The notes below the pieces were generated by a model. That model saw only the letters and a list, made by a program, of their open reading frames with translations, was not told where the DNA came from and ran no database searches. DNA of 63,547 nt, the filler included, from Intoshia linei (Eukaryota; Animalia; Orthonectida): the NCBI GenBank assembly GCA_001642005.1. It is 4 parts of 4 records of this genome, joined end to end, with 100 filler letters (N's around TTAATTAATTAA, not from the genome) between each part and the next. Parts side by side here need not be neighbours in the genome. Positions count along the whole stretch, not along the records: positions 29,361 to 54,910 come from LWCA01000497.1; 3 more parts are not named here. One strand, given 5' to 3'. The translations under genes and the position numbers were made by a program. Below, piece after piece: positions 37,375 to 50,911 of this stretch (positions are counted from its first letter, which is position 1; each line of letters opens with the position of its first letter).

Positions 37375-37590
37375 CCCTTTCACTGTCTGATACTATTTTA
37401 TGATGCATCACCACACGTCTGGAATTTATGTTTTAATTTAAACTTGTATTATTTTTAAATTACCTATGTGAAAATGTATGAAAATAAAAGAATAAAGTGT
37501 TTCAAAATTATGCTGTGTATATCATAGAATACACTGACGTTTGAAGTGAAATTGCTGTGTATAGTATAGAATACACAGACAGTGAAAGGG
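37375..37590. mobile_element. piggyBac-type MITE
   Basis: TIRs CCCTTTCACTGTCTG / CAGACAGTGAAAGGG flanked by TTAA on both sides, with internal tandem TGCTGTGTAT...AATACAC repeats. Confidence 0.92.
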
Positions 37591-38043
37591 TTAAGGGAAA
37601 AATCCACTTTTTCCAATATTATTTTGAAAAACAGCATTTTACTAAATCATATGATGGAACAACCTTTAATTTTTTCTTTTATTTTATTAAATAGTTTCCA
37701 GACGTTTGGAATTATTTCAAAGCCTAGATTACCGTTACAGTATTATTTAAAATCCTAATTTTAACTAACCAATAATAAAATTTTAAAAAAAATACAATTT
37801 TAAACCCTCCAGGAACAATCGAATTGTACAGATTTTTTTTTGAAAACACGATTTCACGAAAAATAAATTTTCATTTATGTAAATTGTAACATTAACACTA
37901 TTGAACATTACTTATAAATCAGGATTCTTAACAATTGTAGTCTCGTAAGAATCCAGAGAAAATGCCAAAATTGACAATAAAACAAATTTAAAAAATAAAA
38001 TAAAACATTTTATATATATAAATAGTTAACAAAATTACATGGA

Positions 38044-41000
38044 TTAAAACACGCCCGAGGCAAAGAGTTTTAACAGTGCTTTGTCTTTAAACATGACATT
38101 TTCAGAAACAAAATGCATTTTTGGTTCACAATTTTTTTTGTACACAGTCATAAAGTGACCTACAGACTTGATTTGTAAAATATCTATACATATACGTCGC
38201 ACAATTGGTTCAAGTGATCGTTTAGAATAGCTTGTAATATCTTCATAATTTATCTAAAATAAAAATAATTATTTTTATTAATATTACTTATAATTACTAA
38301 ACATAAACTACCCTTTATTAACATTATTATTACAAAAAAACTAAAATAAAATAGTAACTAATTATTAGTTTCTACAATTAAATTAAATGAAAATAATCAA
38401 TAAATCACAAAACTATCGATCTTGGATAACTTTTGCACTAACAAACTAGCTGCTGCAGCACTTTGAGATGGTGGAATATGGCACAATTTTGAATCCATTA
38501 AACATATATCAATCAAATATTTTGATGCCAAATATTCAATATGCGACAACTATAAAAAAAATAAAAAATAAAACAAATAATAATGCCTTCAATGGTCTTG
38601 TATTCTTTTTAAGAAAATTCAAGGCAGTAGGACGTCCTAAACGCATTTCAAGAACCGTTAAAATGTCAATTTCCATATTTTGAATGTCGTCTGATGTAAA
38701 AATATTATCGGTAACATACAAAAAATCCTCATAGGGTGGAATAAGCAATTCTTCGAATTTACCACCAATCAATATTACAGAACATGCGACAATTTGAATG
38801 TCTTCCTTATTTATATCAACAATCTAAATGAAATGTTTAATTATACAATACATAAACAGAGAGCATTATACATACATGTATATAAGTGGTTCCGGCATTG
38901 GGGTCCCGGGACCCCTTGGGTCCAAGATTCAAATAAAACATAAAAAAAAATGTATGGGAGAATTTTTAGCATTTATTTAAATTATTACATTATTATTATT
39001 TAAAAAATCCCACTTTTATCCTGCCAATAATCAAATTTAATATAAAATACAATTTCAAACTTTAAGTGAAAAATCGACTTTTACCGATATTTATTTGAAA
39101 ACCACGATTTTACCCACCCTTAAGGGAAATATTCTCTTTTTCCAATATTTTTTTGAAAAATCCCATTTTACAAAATCTATAAGCAACAACTTCTAATCCT
39201 AAATTAAAATAAAAAATTTTATTATTTGAATCTGGAACCACTGATGTATATGTAAGTGTCGTAAATTATATTTTAAGGGTTTATTGGTGAGGTTTTAAAA
39301 TTGCCAATATTAAATATTTGTTAAAAAGTTGTTAAAATTACATTACAACGTAAAAAATGCAGTTTTATTTTTAAAATTTTTTAGGTAATAATTATAGATA
39401 AAATAATCCATAAAACTTACTACATACGTCATGTTACACGACACGTAAAAGTTATGTATAAACAACTTCAGATAAATTATATAAACCTGCATGTATCTAT
39501 CTAATAGAGAAACTGACAATTGAAACGTAGAAGCGTCCATTTCGAAACGGGAGCATACTTGAAGCATCCATTCAACCACCACGCTCCTTACTGCGCTATT
39601 GAAGTGTGTCTTTTCAAGAAAATAATTTTTTCGAATACTTAATACACTCTATTTAAAAATTATTTAAAATAAAACAAATTAATACAAGAATTAAATTAAA
39701 ATTTTAAATTTTATAAAAAATTAAAATATTGTACATAAAAACCTCTAATTTAAATAAGTAATTATAAATATCATCTGTATAATCAGGCAAATTTATAGAT
39801 CGTGTTCCATCGTAAGATACTTTTGTATTCTAAATTCTGGTTAATTTTTTTCAATTTTCGTAAATATGTGCGTAAAAAGTCAAAACTGGAAAAATTGATG
39901 CACCAGTATTAAAATTTTAATTTCCTACAAAATTTTACAAGACTGGTGCTAGTTTCAACGTTCAATTCGCTATTATAAAATTAATATATTAACCGCTAAT
40001 TTTGCTGTGACATTTGCCTTCTGTTTTTCAACTTCCGGTTTTATTGAAACTTTGTGACAATCCTTATTCTTTAAAGCCTTTATAAAAAAATTTAATAAAA
40101 CATTTTCAAATTAAAAATTAATATAAACTACACGGTGCATTTATAATGAGTCTAAATTTTCATTTAAGTTAAATTTTTTTTTCGGGTGAAATTTTAACCC
40201 GACATAATATTTGATATCCATATATCTGATTAAATCGAGCCAAGTAACTTGGTTTCAATTCAAAATCTAAAAAGTGAAATTTACGGCTGCTTAATGAATT
40301 GTCTGAATACCAAAGGATATTAAGTTAATAAACTATTAAAAATCTATGGTAACAATTAAATTTTCAATGAAATCTCTGAAATTTAAAATCGGTTATACTG
40401 TAAAAATGATCATTGAGCATCAAAGGAACGTGCCTTCTATTACTTATTTACTTATTACTATTATTTAAAATTTTTGGATTAATACTTTAGAATAAGACCA
40501 AATTAAATTTCAATTTTACTCATGTGTAACAAAATATAACAAAAGTAAATGAAATTTAAACAACCTGAATGTGTTAATACAGTGATTCTCAACCCGTGTT
40601 CCGAATGTTCCAAAATTTAATTGGGGTTCCGTGAAATATAAATGCTATATTTTTCAATTTAAAGTTTTTCAAAATAAATAAATTAAAAAGTTTCTAAATT
40701 AATAAACAAAATCATATTTTGATATGTTTTTTTAATTAAGATAAATACGATCGGTCAACTTAATTAAAATACCTTTTAGAATTTAAAAATATTTATTCTA
40801 AGCCAGTTTGTCTGATTTCCTATAATTTAATTTTGCATTTTAATATATTCAGTACTTATTTTGAACAAAACAAGTCATAAAATTTGTGATAAATAGATTA
40901 ATGTTATATTAGTGGTTCTTATCGTTACGTATTAACTAGGAAAGATCCAAATTATAATCTTACTTGCATTGATAGCAATTAAGCATAAGAAACGGACAAA

Positions 41001-41496
41001 GCTGCTGTCGATAGAAGAAGAACTTCGTGTATGTCTCTTAAAAACACGTGCAAAAATTAAAAACCTCGGTAAAAAATATCAAGCCCAAATATCTCATTGA
41101 GAAAGAAAAATAAATTTCTTTATTAAAACATTTATGTTTTCAATATTAGAAGCGTAAGTTTTAATTAAAAATCAAATTGTTATATATATGCGACAGCGAA
41201 AAAAATTTTTGATCATGCTTTGCATTTTTTGAAAGTTCATAAGGGTTCCGCGCAGTAAAAAAAATTGAGAAACACTGTGTTAATATATGATACATGATAA
41301 ATATATGCATTACCTTTACATCCTTGGCATTTTTCAGTATACCACGAGCATTACTAATATTTCCAAACGCCTTACGACTCGTAATTTCTTTTTTGGCGTT
41401 TAGTTTTTGGTGGCCATTTAAATCATATCCAATATTCTCGATATCTTGAATTTTAAACTAAAATAATAAATACTTTGAAATCAAGCTATATACCAT
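38044..41496 (-). CDS. CCNB: Cyclin B (divergent), multi-exon
   Basis: ATG-only first exon. D-box RKAFGNISN in exon 41314-41457. YTDDIYNYL; cyclin box VRSVVVEWMLQV..RF.....F.LSV.LLDRY; GKFEE...P..EDF.YVTDN; MEI.IL..L...LGRP..LNFL. Confidence 0.9.
38884..39243. mobile_element. hAT MITE in a cyclin B intron
   Basis: Termini (A)AGTGGTTCC / GGAACCACTG with an exact 8-bp TSD ATGTATAT. Carries the CCCTTAAGGG subrepeats. Confidence 0.85.
40580..41277 (+). mobile_element. Internally deleted hAT (Buster/Charlie-type) element in a cyclin B intron
   Basis: TIRs CAGTGATTCTCAA / TTGAGAAACACTG with an exact 8-bp TSD TGTTAATA. Retains the transposase tail IKHKKRTKLLSIEEELRVCL...YQAQISH*. Confidence 0.92.
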
Positions 41497-41624
41497 ATCT
41501 GATGTGATTAAATCGTTAATATGCTAAAATCATGATTAAATGATGTTATTTAAAAATAAATGAAAAACCTGTTTAAAAAATTTGTAGAATGGATTTGATG
41601 TTGATATAGAAATGGTTGTTCTAA

Positions 41625-41636
41625 TTTGGCGCCAAA
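41625..41636. promoter_or_regulatory. Palindromic E2F-type site upstream of cyclin B
   Basis: TTTGGCGCCAAA, about 130 bp upstream of the cyclin B ATG. A GC-core palindrome in a very AT-rich background. Confidence 0.65.
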
Positions 41637-44171
41637 CTAATCTATAGCCACATTTATTTATACATATTTGTTGCTACACTATTTGTTTACATGAATTAGA
41701 TTATTAATTGACTAGCTTAGCTGTTATGTACTTCGTACAAACGGTATTTAGCTTTTCTGAGAGGCGATTTTTCAAGTCATTGGTGACTCAATAGACAATG
41801 AATGTATGATTTTAAAAACATCTACAAATTACAAACAACAATCAAGTTATACTCTAAAAAATAGTAATTAGTTAATTATTAAATTAGTTAATTAAGCAAC
41901 GCAACGTCGTTACTGACTTTTTTGAAAAACTGTTTTTAACATCGTGATCTGCGTTCAAAAATACACCACACCTAACTACTCCGTCTTTCAAATTCTCAAA
42001 ATTTAAAAATGATGTGAATGTTGAACCCTAATGTACAATGTAGAGAAATTTTGATAGTCATGTAACAATAACAAGTTGTTATTAACTATTAATCAATGCT
42101 TCACTACCGCATAATCTCCATGTGATTGTTGGATAAATAAATTTATCTATAACAACTATAAGCGATATTGTGTATTTCACTTTTTAATAAATTCAAATTT
42201 ACAAATTGATTCCTATTTGGTAATTTTATTTTTATATATTCTATGCGTTTTACAATGTAATGTAATTATTTATATTGTATAATATATTAAAATATTTCTT
42301 ACATGTTTTTTTTAGTGACTTAACTAATTTTTTTAGTACTGTACCGTGTCAACGTTTTTCAAATCTTATATGTGTAGTTAAAATAAAATTTAAAATCACT
42401 GAATCAAAAGAACTATTACTACTACTGCTGATATTTATTTCTAAAAATTAATTTCGAACTAAAAATAATCATTTTACTATTTTGCTGTCTAGTGCAATTT
42501 TATGTACTATTTAAAATTATTATTCTAAATTCATCCAATAACTATTTTCTAAGTCTCAGGAACCCTGCAATAAACAAATAGCTCATATAAAATACATAAT
42601 ATAATACTTAACCTTAGTTAATGAAGTTTTAATACTTTTTTTGTGATTGGGTATAAAAGGTTTATTTTGACTTCATGATTTTTTTAAATTTTTTTGTTGT
42701 AATATGCTCAAAAACATTTTCATTATATTTTAAACTACATACATGAAAAACACAAAAAAGTTGACACGTTAATGCACTGCCTATTATTTTTGGTACATGT
42801 ATAATGCGGGTATCAGCACAGATTAGAAATATTTATTGAATTGTAATGTCACCATCAATATTGCAGTAGTAGTTATTACACTATTTAATAAGCTAGTGTT
42901 GGTGATACACTAATTATACTATGCAATAATATAGGTAGATTCCTATTTGACAATGTGTCTCGCATGTGATAAATACATCAATATAATTAATGTAGTTTGA
43001 CCAGCGCGGAGATATTATCTTGATATCAGAATTTAAAAATCACTATTTTTGTATGCAATCTACAAACTAGGGAGTAATAATTTCGAGTAATTTTTACTCA
43101 ACGTTATATATCCCAAACACGTAACAGTCTGTGCGTTTTGTCTGTTAGATATAGATAGAAAGATTAGAAAAAGGTATAAGATTAAATTTCTGTAATATGT
43201 ACATGAATGCTATGGCAGTGTTTCCCAAATCCGCAGGTCATTATGAATTTTGTAATGAATGAAGAATGCAAAGGAGTAGTTATGTATATAAATATTTGTT
43301 GGTAATTATATCGTAAACGTCAGAAAAAACAATTTTATGTAATTAACTTGTAATTATTAATACAAGTTATTGGTAAAAATATTTAACAATCCCTGTTTAC
43401 TTTGAGAAAATTCTGTTCTTCACTGTTGTACATATATTACATTTTAAAACGATATTTTTCTGAATATAATAGTGATTGACTGCTTCCTTACATATGTTCA
43501 TGGTTGCATCGAAAATTTTATAATGTCTATTTGAACAGTGAATGTGCCCAAAAATAACCAAATACTTTTTATAAAATTCTGACGCTTATTTTCAATCGTG
43601 CGTGATGGTGTATCCTGGATATTTTCTTAAAATGGCCCAAAGTATTTTGAACAAATATTTGAAAACATACGTTAACAGTTAAAAATAAGTCTTTTGTTCA
43701 AGTAGATTTTAGTTGGATTTACAGTGCGTTATGACTTACATACATTCAAATATACTTACAATTTCATGATAAATGACGGTTTTTATTATACTTTATACTT
43801 ATTTTTATTTATTCGATTGCTTTTTAAGTCTATATAACAACTACTGCATATAACATCGATAACAGATATGTTATGAAAGGGCAATATGAATAGTAAATAT
43901 ATTTAAAAAGAAAAAGGCACGAACATTTTCATCGGAAAAATCTTATGATTATATATTTTACTTGTTACTATATTATGAACAAAACCGACTAATTTCAGTA
44001 ATTTTTTATATTTTTTGGTGATATATTTGGAAATTGCATAAAAATATTGTAGGTGGTTGTGATATTATTTATTATACAGTGCTATTTGCTCACTATTATG
44101 CATATTTTGTCAGGTTGACTAATTACCGCTAAAATATTTTTTTATTTATAAAATTTGGTCACACCCTAGTG

Positions 44172-44839
44172 CAGTGCTTCTCAAACTTTTTTGAACATTC
44201 ACCTCCAATGAAACAATTATTATGACATGTCGTAATTGTGTAGGTATACACAATTTGCACTAATTAAATTTGAGTACACATGACGTCTTCACGTGATCAC
44301 ATCATTTTAAATTTTCATTTGTTTTAGGAATCATAAATAATGCATGGTATTTTCAATATTTTCATGAGAGTAAACATGTTTAAATCTACGTTGTAGATAC
44401 CATTATCATTTAGAAATAAAATAATATAGTAATTGTGATTGGCATAATTTATTTATTGATAAGAATATTAGTTAGATGAGCAACTTTAAAAAAAATTGAT
44501 TGTCAATTTGGTTAAACTGAATGTATGAAAGGGTTAAGTCAATTTTGTACACGAAACATCTAAATTTGGTATTTTCTTTTTGAATCAGATAGAGATTTCT
44601 AATATAAAATTTTGATAAAATTAGATTTTTCAGAAAAATTATTGGTAAAAGGTTATTATTTCCTTAAGGGTTAGTAAAATTGGGTTTTTTCTTTTGGGAT
44701 CTGATAGAGGGATTTTTTAATCTAGAAGATTGGTAAAATTGGATTTTTTCATTAAGGATTAGTAAAATTTATCATTTACCTCTAATCATCTAAAATTTTA
44801 GTATTCACCTTAAAATATTTACCCCCATGAGAAGCGCTG
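44172..44839. mobile_element. Older hAT MITE
   Basis: CAGTGCTTCTCA / TGAGAAGCGCTG termini with a degenerate TSD CCCTAGTG/CTCTAATG. Contains the subrepeat family. Confidence 0.65.
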
Positions 44840-45158
44840 CTCTAATGTGTAGTTTTTGGTTTAAATTAAATTTCTAATAGACTCACTTAATCGGGCCACT
44901 TTAATTTAAAAGGATATATTCGAATGTCATTATGCAAAAGTATTACCTCATTTTCCGAATGATGAGAATTATACAGATTAATAAATATATTTGAGACTAA
45001 CCTAAAATATAGGGGATTAATCTATTAGATATTAATGGTATGGGTATAATATGCGATTTTATAGTTTTGCTATTTCAATGAATACGTGTGATTTGACGAC
45101 GGCCATCACTTAATCTTATTTTATTTTTAAATTTTAGCTAACGTACTAAATATAATTA

Positions 45159-46073
45159 ATGGATTCAACACGTGATAGATATAACGATAAATCAAACAGT
45201 TCGGGTGGTCAAGGTTCAGACCCTTCCAAAATATGCCGCGATTTTTTGGCAGGCAGGTGCAATCGACGTACTTGTAAATTTAGTCATGCTGCAGAAGCTC
45301 CAGGAAATAATGATTCCTCTAGACAACCAAGAATTTGCCAAGATTTTATAAACGGGAAATGTAATCGATATAGTTGCAAATTCAGCCACGAGTCACAAGA
45401 AGGCGGTACTCCCCGCCCACGTGGTATAAGGCCAGATAACAACCAATCGTCGGGTGGTTGTACTTATTATACTAAGGGATTTTGTAGTATTCCTGGTTGC
45501 ACTCACAGTGGAAATTCATACTTAAGAAACGATAAAAGTTTTGGACCTCCATCATTCGCATCTGCTAATAACGATGTTGATTATAGAAGACCACAAAAAT
45601 CGAGTCAATGGAATGCGCCCCAAGATTCATATGGACATAACAGAAGTGCGCGCCAACGGAGCCCAATGAGAAGTTACGGTAATCCTGGACCAAGGCCAAC
45701 TAAGGATATTAACAGTGAATGTCCCAATTGTTTATGCTTTGAAGAAGAAAATGTTTTGCTACGTAGATCACTACATGAATTAACTGATGAGTTTAATGCT
45801 TTGAAACAGGGTAGACAAAGCAAGCCAAATGGTTCTTTTGATAGTTCGTTTAAATCAAAGCCTGGATATTCTGATACTACATCCATTTCTAATGTTCCAT
45901 CGGGTGGATACAGAAATACTCCTTATAGTGGACAACCACGTCCAACTGGAAATGTACACGCGAATAAACCTCAAGAATACTCTGCTGGTGCAATGACTAA
46001 TCCCTATTCAGCATATAATGCATATTCATCAAACTATCCTAGCCCAGCCGGTCAATATCAACAGAAATATTAA
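45159..46073 (+). CDS. ZC3H10: ZC3H10-like CCCH zinc-finger RNA-binding protein
   Basis: ICRDFL...C....CKFSH, ICQDF..GKC.R..CKFSH and a third CCCH finger, followed by a coiled coil EEENVLLRR and a low-complexity tail. Intronless CDS. Orthology is inferred. Confidence 0.72.
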   Translation: MDSTRDRYNDKSNSSGGQGSDPSKICRDFLAGRCNRRTCKFSHAAEAPGNNDSSRQPRICQDFINGKCNRYSCKFSHESQEGGTPRPRGIRPDNNQSSGGCTYYTKGFCSIPGCTHSGNSYLRNDKSFGPPSFASANNDVDYRRPQKSSQWNAPQDSYGHNRSARQRSPMRSYGNPGPRPTKDINSECPNCLCFEEENVLLRRSLHELTDEFNALKQGRQSKPNGSFDSSFKSKPGYSDTTSISNVPSGGYRNTPYSGQPRPTGNVHANKPQEYSAGAMTNPYSAYNAYSSNYPSPAGQYQQKY

Positions 46074-46119
46074 CTTAATTTAAATAATGATGTAAAACTA
46101 GGAATACAATTAAAATTAT

Positions 46120-46855
46120 TTAATTATTAACGGAAATGTTTGGTTTATTTGGGTTATTGTTCAACAACCATTCTGCTAGCCAGGTCTAAATTTTATTTTC
46201 ATTTTTTTAAACATAATTTACTATGGGGTTTTCAGGTTTTTCTTTGCACAACTTTGTCAATCCCTCGACAAGCGTATCGTTGACATTGTTGATGAAATAT
46301 TTCTCTAAATTAACATTCTTTGAGTCTACTTTGCCTATATTTTAATTATTATTAGTTTGAAATTAATTACTGTTTGGGAAAAAAAAATTAATTTCATCTA
46401 CTACTGAGGATGCTTTGTTTGTTCCATGTACAGCGTTTCGTCTTTCGTCAGTTCCATAGATTGCTCTTATACTAGTGCAAGTTAAATATTATATATTTCA
46501 AATTTCACCTGTCTGGAACTGTTTCCCTTGCCAATTCACTGTCATTTGGTCCAATTAATTTTTTCCAATCTTCAACTGCATTTTCTTTAGCCAAATCATA
46601 TACTACAATTAACCCTTTACACATGTATGCTACTAAAGCTGGGAAAAACATTCGCCCATAATGTTCTTTATAAAAATCGCTTACTTGTTCTGGAGGTAGC
46701 TTTACACATTTTTTCTAAAATTATTATTTTATCAACTTTTCGTTTACTTGTAATATAGTGAACCCTGATCTTAATATTATATCTTCAATTTCGTGTGCAC
46801 GTTCGTAGGCGTCAGGTTTTATTATAGCCAAAGTTCTTTCAATATTAATCTTCAT
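46120..46855 (-). CDS. NME5: Nucleoside diphosphate kinase homolog 5 (NDK + Dpy-30 domain), 5 exons
   Basis: ERTLAIIKPDA, FYKEHYGRMFFPALVAYM, IRAIYGTD..RNAVHG, and a Dpy-30 tail GLTKLCKEKPENPI.WLAEWLL.NNPNKP. Confidence 0.95.
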
Positions 46856-47089
46856 ATTCGTTTGTTTTGGTTACTTTGTAATGGTAATTGTATCTACTGA
46901 TTATTTTAGTTTAATTATTTATATTGTAACATCAAAATTTAAATATTTGTTTAATTTTAATTGATTTTAGATTTAGGTGTGACGTTGAGATCTTGTAAAC
47001 GCTTAATGACTATTTTTTGATCATTTGACAGTTTTTTCTATAGAATTAATTGAGTAAACGATTTTGTTTTTTTTGTTTCATTTAATATA

Positions 47090-48112
47090 CAGTATTCTAT
47101 ATAACTCGCCATTAATTTTAAATAAAAATAAATAATTTACAAGATGATACCTTCTAGACTATTTTTAATAGAATGAGAGCTGGCCATAAAAATTTTAAAG
47201 ATAGGGTCTCAATTATGTTTTGCTCAAATTTTGATGGTTCTCATAAACTCAAACCGATTTTTATAGATAGATCATTTAAACCTAGATGTTACAAAGGATT
47301 TAACTATTAAAATTATATACAATATTTTACATACAAAAGAGCATAGATGACTAGTGATATGGTTAATCGTTTTTTTAACAAATTTAATACCGACTGTGAA
47401 AAAAATTTACTCTTAATGGGCAATAGCCCAGCTCACAAATTAACGGTTATCTTATAAAACATTCAAATAATGTTTTTGCCTCCCAATTCCACTAGAATAA
47501 TTCAACCAATGGATAGAGGGATAATCCATTCATTTAAATCAAAATTCGATAAAAAAATTATCATTTATTTTGAATTGTTTTAAACATTTACATAATAATC
47601 AGAATCAGCTTGTAAATTATGAAAAAATACCTGATTACAAATGTTATAAAGTCGCTAAATATTCATGACCTCATCACGGAAGAAGAATTTATAAACATTG
47701 AATATACTGAAAAAGATGATTTTTACGTTTAACATATACTCCTGGTTTAGACGAACAATTTGAAAATTTTAAGATTATTATCGATACATCGGTTATTAAA
47801 ACAACTTCAAATGAATTTATACATTCACTTCAAATTGTAGAAAAATTTTTGTATTTGAAGGAGGATTGGATATAATTTATATTAACTAATATGTAAATTA
47901 ATATAATCTCTAAATAATCATAACTTTTAATAGAGAATGTGGTAAATCTATATACGTAACTACTTCAAAAAAGTATCGAAGTAATTATTATTTATTTATT
48001 AATATTGTTAAATTGATCGTATTATTTCTATAATTTTATTTTCTCTATCGCCAACTTTTTCAAAATCCCAAGAATAGCTAGTTATATTAGGTGTATTATT
48101 AAGAGAATACTG
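47090..48112 (+). mobile_element. Deleted Tigger/pogo element
   Basis: TA-flanked CAGTATTCT / AGAATACTG ends and a relic FLPPNST.IIQPMDRGIIHSFK. Confidence 0.82.
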
Positions 48113-48555
48113 TATTATTAAATATGTCTATCCTAATCCTAATCCTTTTTAAATACCTATATAAAACTACATTAATTTATAATTTTCAGTTTGAATGTTC
48201 TATATAGCTTTTTGACTCGCAGCTCGAATAAATATAGAAATGTATTAAAAATTATGTTTTCTATGTTTTCGGAATAAATTAGTTTCTAAAGATTTACATG
48301 TAAATACGATAAAGAGTAAGGTTTTAAGTATGCAATTTTAGTATATTCTACATTTATTAGAGGAATCCATCGCATTTCTAAGCTAGCTACTCATCTATAA
48401 TATATAAATCTTATAAATAACATAAAACATTGATGAATTTAGTATTACTGACATGCAATGAGATTATGTAGCAACATAATCATTTCAATCAAAAATTTAA
48501 TTTGCATTATTGAATCAATGTTGGCTTTGTATATAAACCAAATTATCACGTAATA

Positions 48556-50911
48556 CAGTCAAACCTGGTCATTATGAATACAGCTTAACCCATATACTCC
48601 CAGACATTTTTCCTATTTTTTGGCTTCGATTTTTTTAAAAATTTGGCAAGTTAATACATACTTGCCTATTTCTCACCATATGTAATTTTAGGTAATTATT
48701 AATTGTAGTTATGGAGTTATTTCACATTGGGAGAATAAGGCCAATAAAAGCATGTATATATAAAACCGCATTGTCAATATGTCTAATTATTTTATTAAAT
48801 TGTAGTTAATACATTAATTTATCATATGGTATTCATTAAATTCAGTTATCACAACTTTAAACAAAAAAAATATAAAAAATTTTTTCAGTAAATTTTTTTT
48901 TGCTTTGAAAAATCATTTTGGCCCACTGTTAGTGACACATGAGGCTAATCGGTTAAAAATCACACTTAATATACTCGAATGTTATATAATATACTAATTA
49001 ATTTAATTTTTCATATTTAATTAACTTTGTTTGAATTTACGTGTTTTTATAAATGTTATTATGTTATTAGCCACACTGGGAGTATATGGGTTAATTTGAA
49101 CAAACTTAATAAATATTGATTTTTTTGTATAGAAACATTATGAAAAGTGTTTTGTTTTATATGAATCCTTTTATTTTGTACACTGAACATGAGTTTATTT
49201 AAAATAAAATTATTTTCATTTTATTTTGGGCGTTATTATATTTTACTGTCACATTTATACCGATTTTATTTATATTTTTTTAATATGAACATTAAAAATA
49301 ACAAGCGAAAAAGAAAAATATCTATCTCTGAATGACAAAAAAATCATTAGAATCATTTAAAGACCATGAAAATTGTCCTTAGAGATTTTTAGCTGTTAAA
49401 CATGATATATCTGTATGAACCGTACGCACAATTTTAAAACATAAGGAATACACTAAATGACTCAATAGTAAACGTCAATCAAAAGCGTAAACCTTATTTA
49501 AGGTCGGGAAGTCAAGTAGATGATATTCTGTACGAGTTGTTTGAAATTCAACGAACACGAAATATAAGTGTTAGTGGAGAAATTTTAAAGCATCGAACGG
49601 CTGGCTAGATTCATTTATAAAACGACATAATATATTGTTCAACAAAATTATAGGCGATTCCAAAACTAAATCAAAATACAATCTTAAATTTTATGAAGCA
49701 TATTTAGCGAAATTAAAAGAATATGACCGTAAAAATATATTCAATTGCGATGAAACGGGCCTTTTTTATAAGTGCTCTTTGACTCGAACGTACACAATAT
49801 CAAAGGCCGATAAGGCCAGTGAATTTGCCAAGAATAGAATTACCATTTTATTTGCAGTTAATTTGTTAGGGGAAAAATTGAAACCACTCATAATAGGAAA
49901 ATCGAAAAACTCTTGGTGTTTAAAAAATTTGGATTGACAAAACTTGCCCGTATCTTATTATGCAAACCAAAAATCTTGGATAACATTGTATATCTATCAA
50001 GAATGGTTACATAATATTAATAACATGTGTATGATAGAAGATAGGAAAATTTTACTTTTATTGGACAATGCTCGTGTTAATCCTAAGGATGTAATGTTTA
50101 ATTATTTTATTTTCCACGAAATACGACCTCATTACTGCAACGTTTGGACCAAGGAATTATAAAAAATTTTAAAGATAAATACAAAACACTGTTAGCGAAA
50201 TCAATGAACTTCAAATCAGAGAACACCAGTCAAGAGGAATGGTGTAAACAAATTAATATATTAATCAATAGTTTGGATTGCGAAATTGGATTTGGATAAG
50301 TGTTAAAAGTGAAACCATAAGTAATTGCTTTGAAAAATCTTTTGAAAACGCAAAGGTTAAATTTTTGACACTTAAAAATGAGTGTTATGAAGATGTGGCT
50401 TGCTTTAATAATAATTTTATTGATGATGATGATAACCTATTACTTTTTTTAGTCATTTATTTTTTATATAACTAAACTTTTAGAGAGTAATCAAGATATC
50501 AAATGCGAGAAGAACTAATATTGATAAGTTTTGACGCATAAAAACATGCAATGAAACTTGAAAAATTTTTTCAAAAAAATTTACCAGACAAAATGGATGA
50601 CATCTGGCAAATAATTGATCATATAACTTATGAAAAACGTAAAAGAAAATTAAAAATGACTGATTTTATTACGTACAAACAAAGAATTTAGATAATTCAA
50701 TGTAATTATATTTTAATTGTATATTAATAAATTATTAACTTATATTACATTTACATAAATATGTATATCATAAAATAAGTTTCTAACATATTTTAAATAA
50801 CGATTTTCCCCCCAGATTATCATAACAACATAACCTCGTTCATATTAGTTTTTAAATTTGAACGGAGTCGAAAACTGGTACACAGCTGTTTATATTGACC
50901 AGATTTGACTG
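48556..50911 (+). mobile_element. Near full-length Tigger/pogo element with a pseudogenised transposase
   Basis: TIRs CAGTCAAACCTGGTCA / TGACCAGATTTGACTG with TA TSDs. Motifs IFNCDETGLFYK, KPLIIGKS, KILLLLDNA and LQRLDQGII are broken by stops and frameshifts. Confidence 0.92.
48589..49090. mobile_element. piggyBac-type MITE nested in the Tigger left end
   Basis: TIRs CCCATATACTCCCAG / CTGGGAGTATATGGG with TTAA on both sides. Confidence 0.92.
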
